This document shows, one piece after another, positions 62,145 through 64,000 of a stretch of DNA of 64,000 bases (position 1 is the stretch's first letter; each line of letters begins with the position of its first letter). The notes under the pieces are model-generated. The model did not search any database. It saw only the letters and a program-made list of their open reading frames with translations, and had not been told where the DNA came from. The stretch comes from an uncultured delta proteobacterium. Lineage in GTDB: Bacteria; Myxococcota_A; Polyangia; Fen-1088. The translations under genes and the position numbers were made by a program. The stretch lies in the NCBI GenBank assembly GCA_963755125.1, contig CAVWIP010000011.1, positions 158,256-222,255 on the forward strand, read 5' to 3'.

Positions 62145-63380
62145 ATGGAACAAGCATTCTCGATCGCAACACTCTGGTTCGGACTGGCTCTCATCGCCAC
62201 GTTCCTCGCTGCCAGGTTGAAGATCTCCATGGCGCTCATGGAGATCATCGTGGGCGTGGCGGCGGCGGCGGCCATCGGGCATTTTTTCGGCAAGGATGCC
62301 ATGGGCGCGGATATGCCCGGACTCAGGTTTCTCGCCAGCACCGGGGCCGTGCTGCTCACTTTCCTGGCCGGCGCGGAGTTGGAGCCCGCAGTGATGCGAC
62401 GAAAGTGGAAGGAGGTTTCGGTCGTCGGGGCGATTGGATTTCTCGCCCCGTTTCTCGGTTGTGCGGCAGTGGCCCGCTTCGTGCTTGGCTGGTCGCCCAA
62501 TGCGAGCTGGCTCGCGGGCATCGCGCTCTCGACCACGTCGATGGCGGTGGTCTACGCCGTGATGCTGGAGACGGGATTCAACCGCACCGATTTCGGCAAG
62601 GGCATCCTGGGAGCCTGCTTCGTCAACGATCTCGGGACCGTGCTCGTCCTCGGCTTGATGTTCGCGCCATTCACGTGGCGCACCGTAGTCTTCGCGGTCG
62701 CGTGCCTGGCGGCCTTCGTTCTCTTGCCGCTGGTGACGCCACACCTGATGAACCACTACGCCAACCGCACTGCCGCGTTCCGCACCAAGTGGGTGCTGTT
62801 CATCCTGTTCGGGCTCGGCGCGCTCGCGCTCTGGTCCGGCAGCGAGGCAGTTCTGCCGGCGTACGTCGCTGGTATGGTGCTGGCGTCCACCCTCGGTACC
62901 GACCACGTTTTCGTTCGGCGACTGCGGACGCTCACCATCGGATTTCTCACGCCCATATACTTTCTGCGGGCCGGCTCGTTCGTGTCGGTGCCCGCGTTGT
63001 TGTCGGCGCCACTGGCCTTCCTGGCGTTGTTCGCCGGGAAAGTCGGCGCCAAGATCTTCGGTCTGTACCCGGTGATCGGGGCCTTTCGCCGCGAGCGCAA
63101 CGAACGCTGGTACTACACCCTGATGATGTCGACCGGGCTCACCTTCGGGACCATCTCGGCGCTGTACGGGCTCAGCCACGGGCTCGTCACCCAGCAGCAG
63201 TATTCGTATCTGGTGGCGGTCGTCATTGGCTCAGCCGTGGTGCCGACCTTGATCGCCAATGCGGTGTGCCTGCCGCGGCACCTTCTCCCGAAGCCGCTTG
63301 CGGGGGAGCCGGCTGCAAACACCGAAGCCGTCCAGGCGGCAAGACCGCTGGAGCCTCAGGATTCGCTCGAGGACGGCTGA
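62145..63380 (+). CDS. Cation:proton antiporter (CPA2, Na+/H+ exchanger family)
   Basis: Many TM helices; FLAGAELE, ALSTTSMAVV, FVNDL. Confidence 0.9.
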   Translation: MEQAFSIATLWFGLALIATFLAARLKISMALMEIIVGVAAAAAIGHFFGKDAMGADMPGLRFLASTGAVLLTFLAGAELEPAVMRRKWKEVSVVGAIGFLAPFLGCAAVARFVLGWSPNASWLAGIALSTTSMAVVYAVMLETGFNRTDFGKGILGACFVNDLGTVLVLGLMFAPFTWRTVVFAVACLAAFVLLPLVTPHLMNHYANRTAAFRTKWVLFILFGLGALALWSGSEAVLPAYVAGMVLASTLGTDHVFVRRLRTLTIGFLTPIYFLRAGSFVSVPALLSAPLAFLALFAGKVGAKIFGLYPVIGAFRRERNERWYYTLMMSTGLTFGTISALYGLSHGLVTQQQYSYLVAVVIGSAVVPTLIANAVCLPRHLLPKPLAGEPAANTEAVQAARPLEPQDSLEDG

Positions 63381-63390
63381 CCGTCCTGCC

Positions 63391-64000
63391 TCAGGGCTGA
63401 CCCAGGGCCAGCAGGAGCTGCGCGCGGGCGGTGGCGAGGCTGTAGTGCGCCTGCACCTCCTGCGCCGCAGCCGTGGTCATGGCCACCTGCGCATCGCCCA
63501 GCTCGATCATGTTGCCCACGCCGGCCTGGTAACGACCCTCGGCCAGGCGAAGCTGCTCGCGCGCGTTCACCGCCGCGTCGTGGGTCGCGTCCTCGCTCGC
63601 CTTGGCCGCAGCCACAGCCAGACGTGCCTGCTCCAGATCCAGGCGTATCTGCTGGCGCTGGATCTCGAACTGGCCGCGTAGCACGTTGGCCGTGGCGCGC
63701 GCCTCGCGCACCTGTTGGCTGGTGATGCCGCCTCCGAAGATCGGCCAGCTCAATGACAACATCCCGTACCAGTTCCACGCAAGGTTGTCGAGCGCGGGCC
63801 CCGCATCAGTCAGGGCCGTGATGGCGCTCAACCCGGGATAGTAGCCGCCTCTGGTCGCGCCGATGGTGTACTCCTGCGCCCGAACCTGGTCAGCCAGCGA
63901 CTGCAAGTCGGGGCGCGCCTTGATTGCCGTGGGAAGCAGCTCGTCGGTGCTCTTGTCCTCGCCCGCAACCGGCTCGACGACTGGCGCTTCCACCTGGTAG
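63391..64000 (-). CDS. TolC family outer membrane efflux protein (5' part outside window)
   Basis: RPDL, YYP.LS, LSWPIFGGG, RYQAGVG..IEL.DAQ. Confidence 0.88.
   Translation of the reverse strand, partial: YQVEAPVVEPVAGEDKSTDELLPTAIKARPDLQSLADQVRAQEYTIGATRGGYYPGLSAITALTDAGPALDNLAWNWYGMLSLSWPIFGGGITSQQVREARATANVLRGQFEIQRQQIRLDLEQARLAVAAAKASEDATHDAAVNAREQLRLAEGRYQAGVGNMIELGDAQVAMTTAAAQEVQAHYSLATARAQLLLALGQP

Overview
High-GC bacterial window. Many lipoproteins with Gly/Thr/Ala linkers and Cys-rich domains, plus a Ser/Thr kinase-NTPase-TPR protein, suggest Myxococcota; this taxonomy is inference. The left 49 kb holds lipoprotein glycoside hydrolases (GH12 x2, GH5 x2 with one frameshifted, GH28, another GH-A enzyme), a binding-protein/duplicated-porin operon, recC-recB without an adjacent recD, divergent ku/ligD, malic enzyme, the IscU-like/GGGtGRT gene pair, two CTAG-flanked MITE-like inserts and one IS5-family element. 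An ~11.3 kb accessory region (49255-60590) is bracketed by two ~85 bp imperfect direct repeats ending in GTGGYC arrays. It carries two AAA_14/DUF4143 ATPases, a truncated PIN toxin module and the best candidate for a new system: a compositionally distinct, tightly overlapping three-gene operon encoding a calcineurin-like metallophosphoesterase (split by a second IS5-family copy, reconstructing to 399 aa), a STAND/ORC-CDC6-like ATPase and a putative CARF-like protein. The right end has eno, divergent from a fluoride riboswitch that precedes a CPA2 antiporter, and a partial TolC gene. All family calls come from motif recognition, not database searches.
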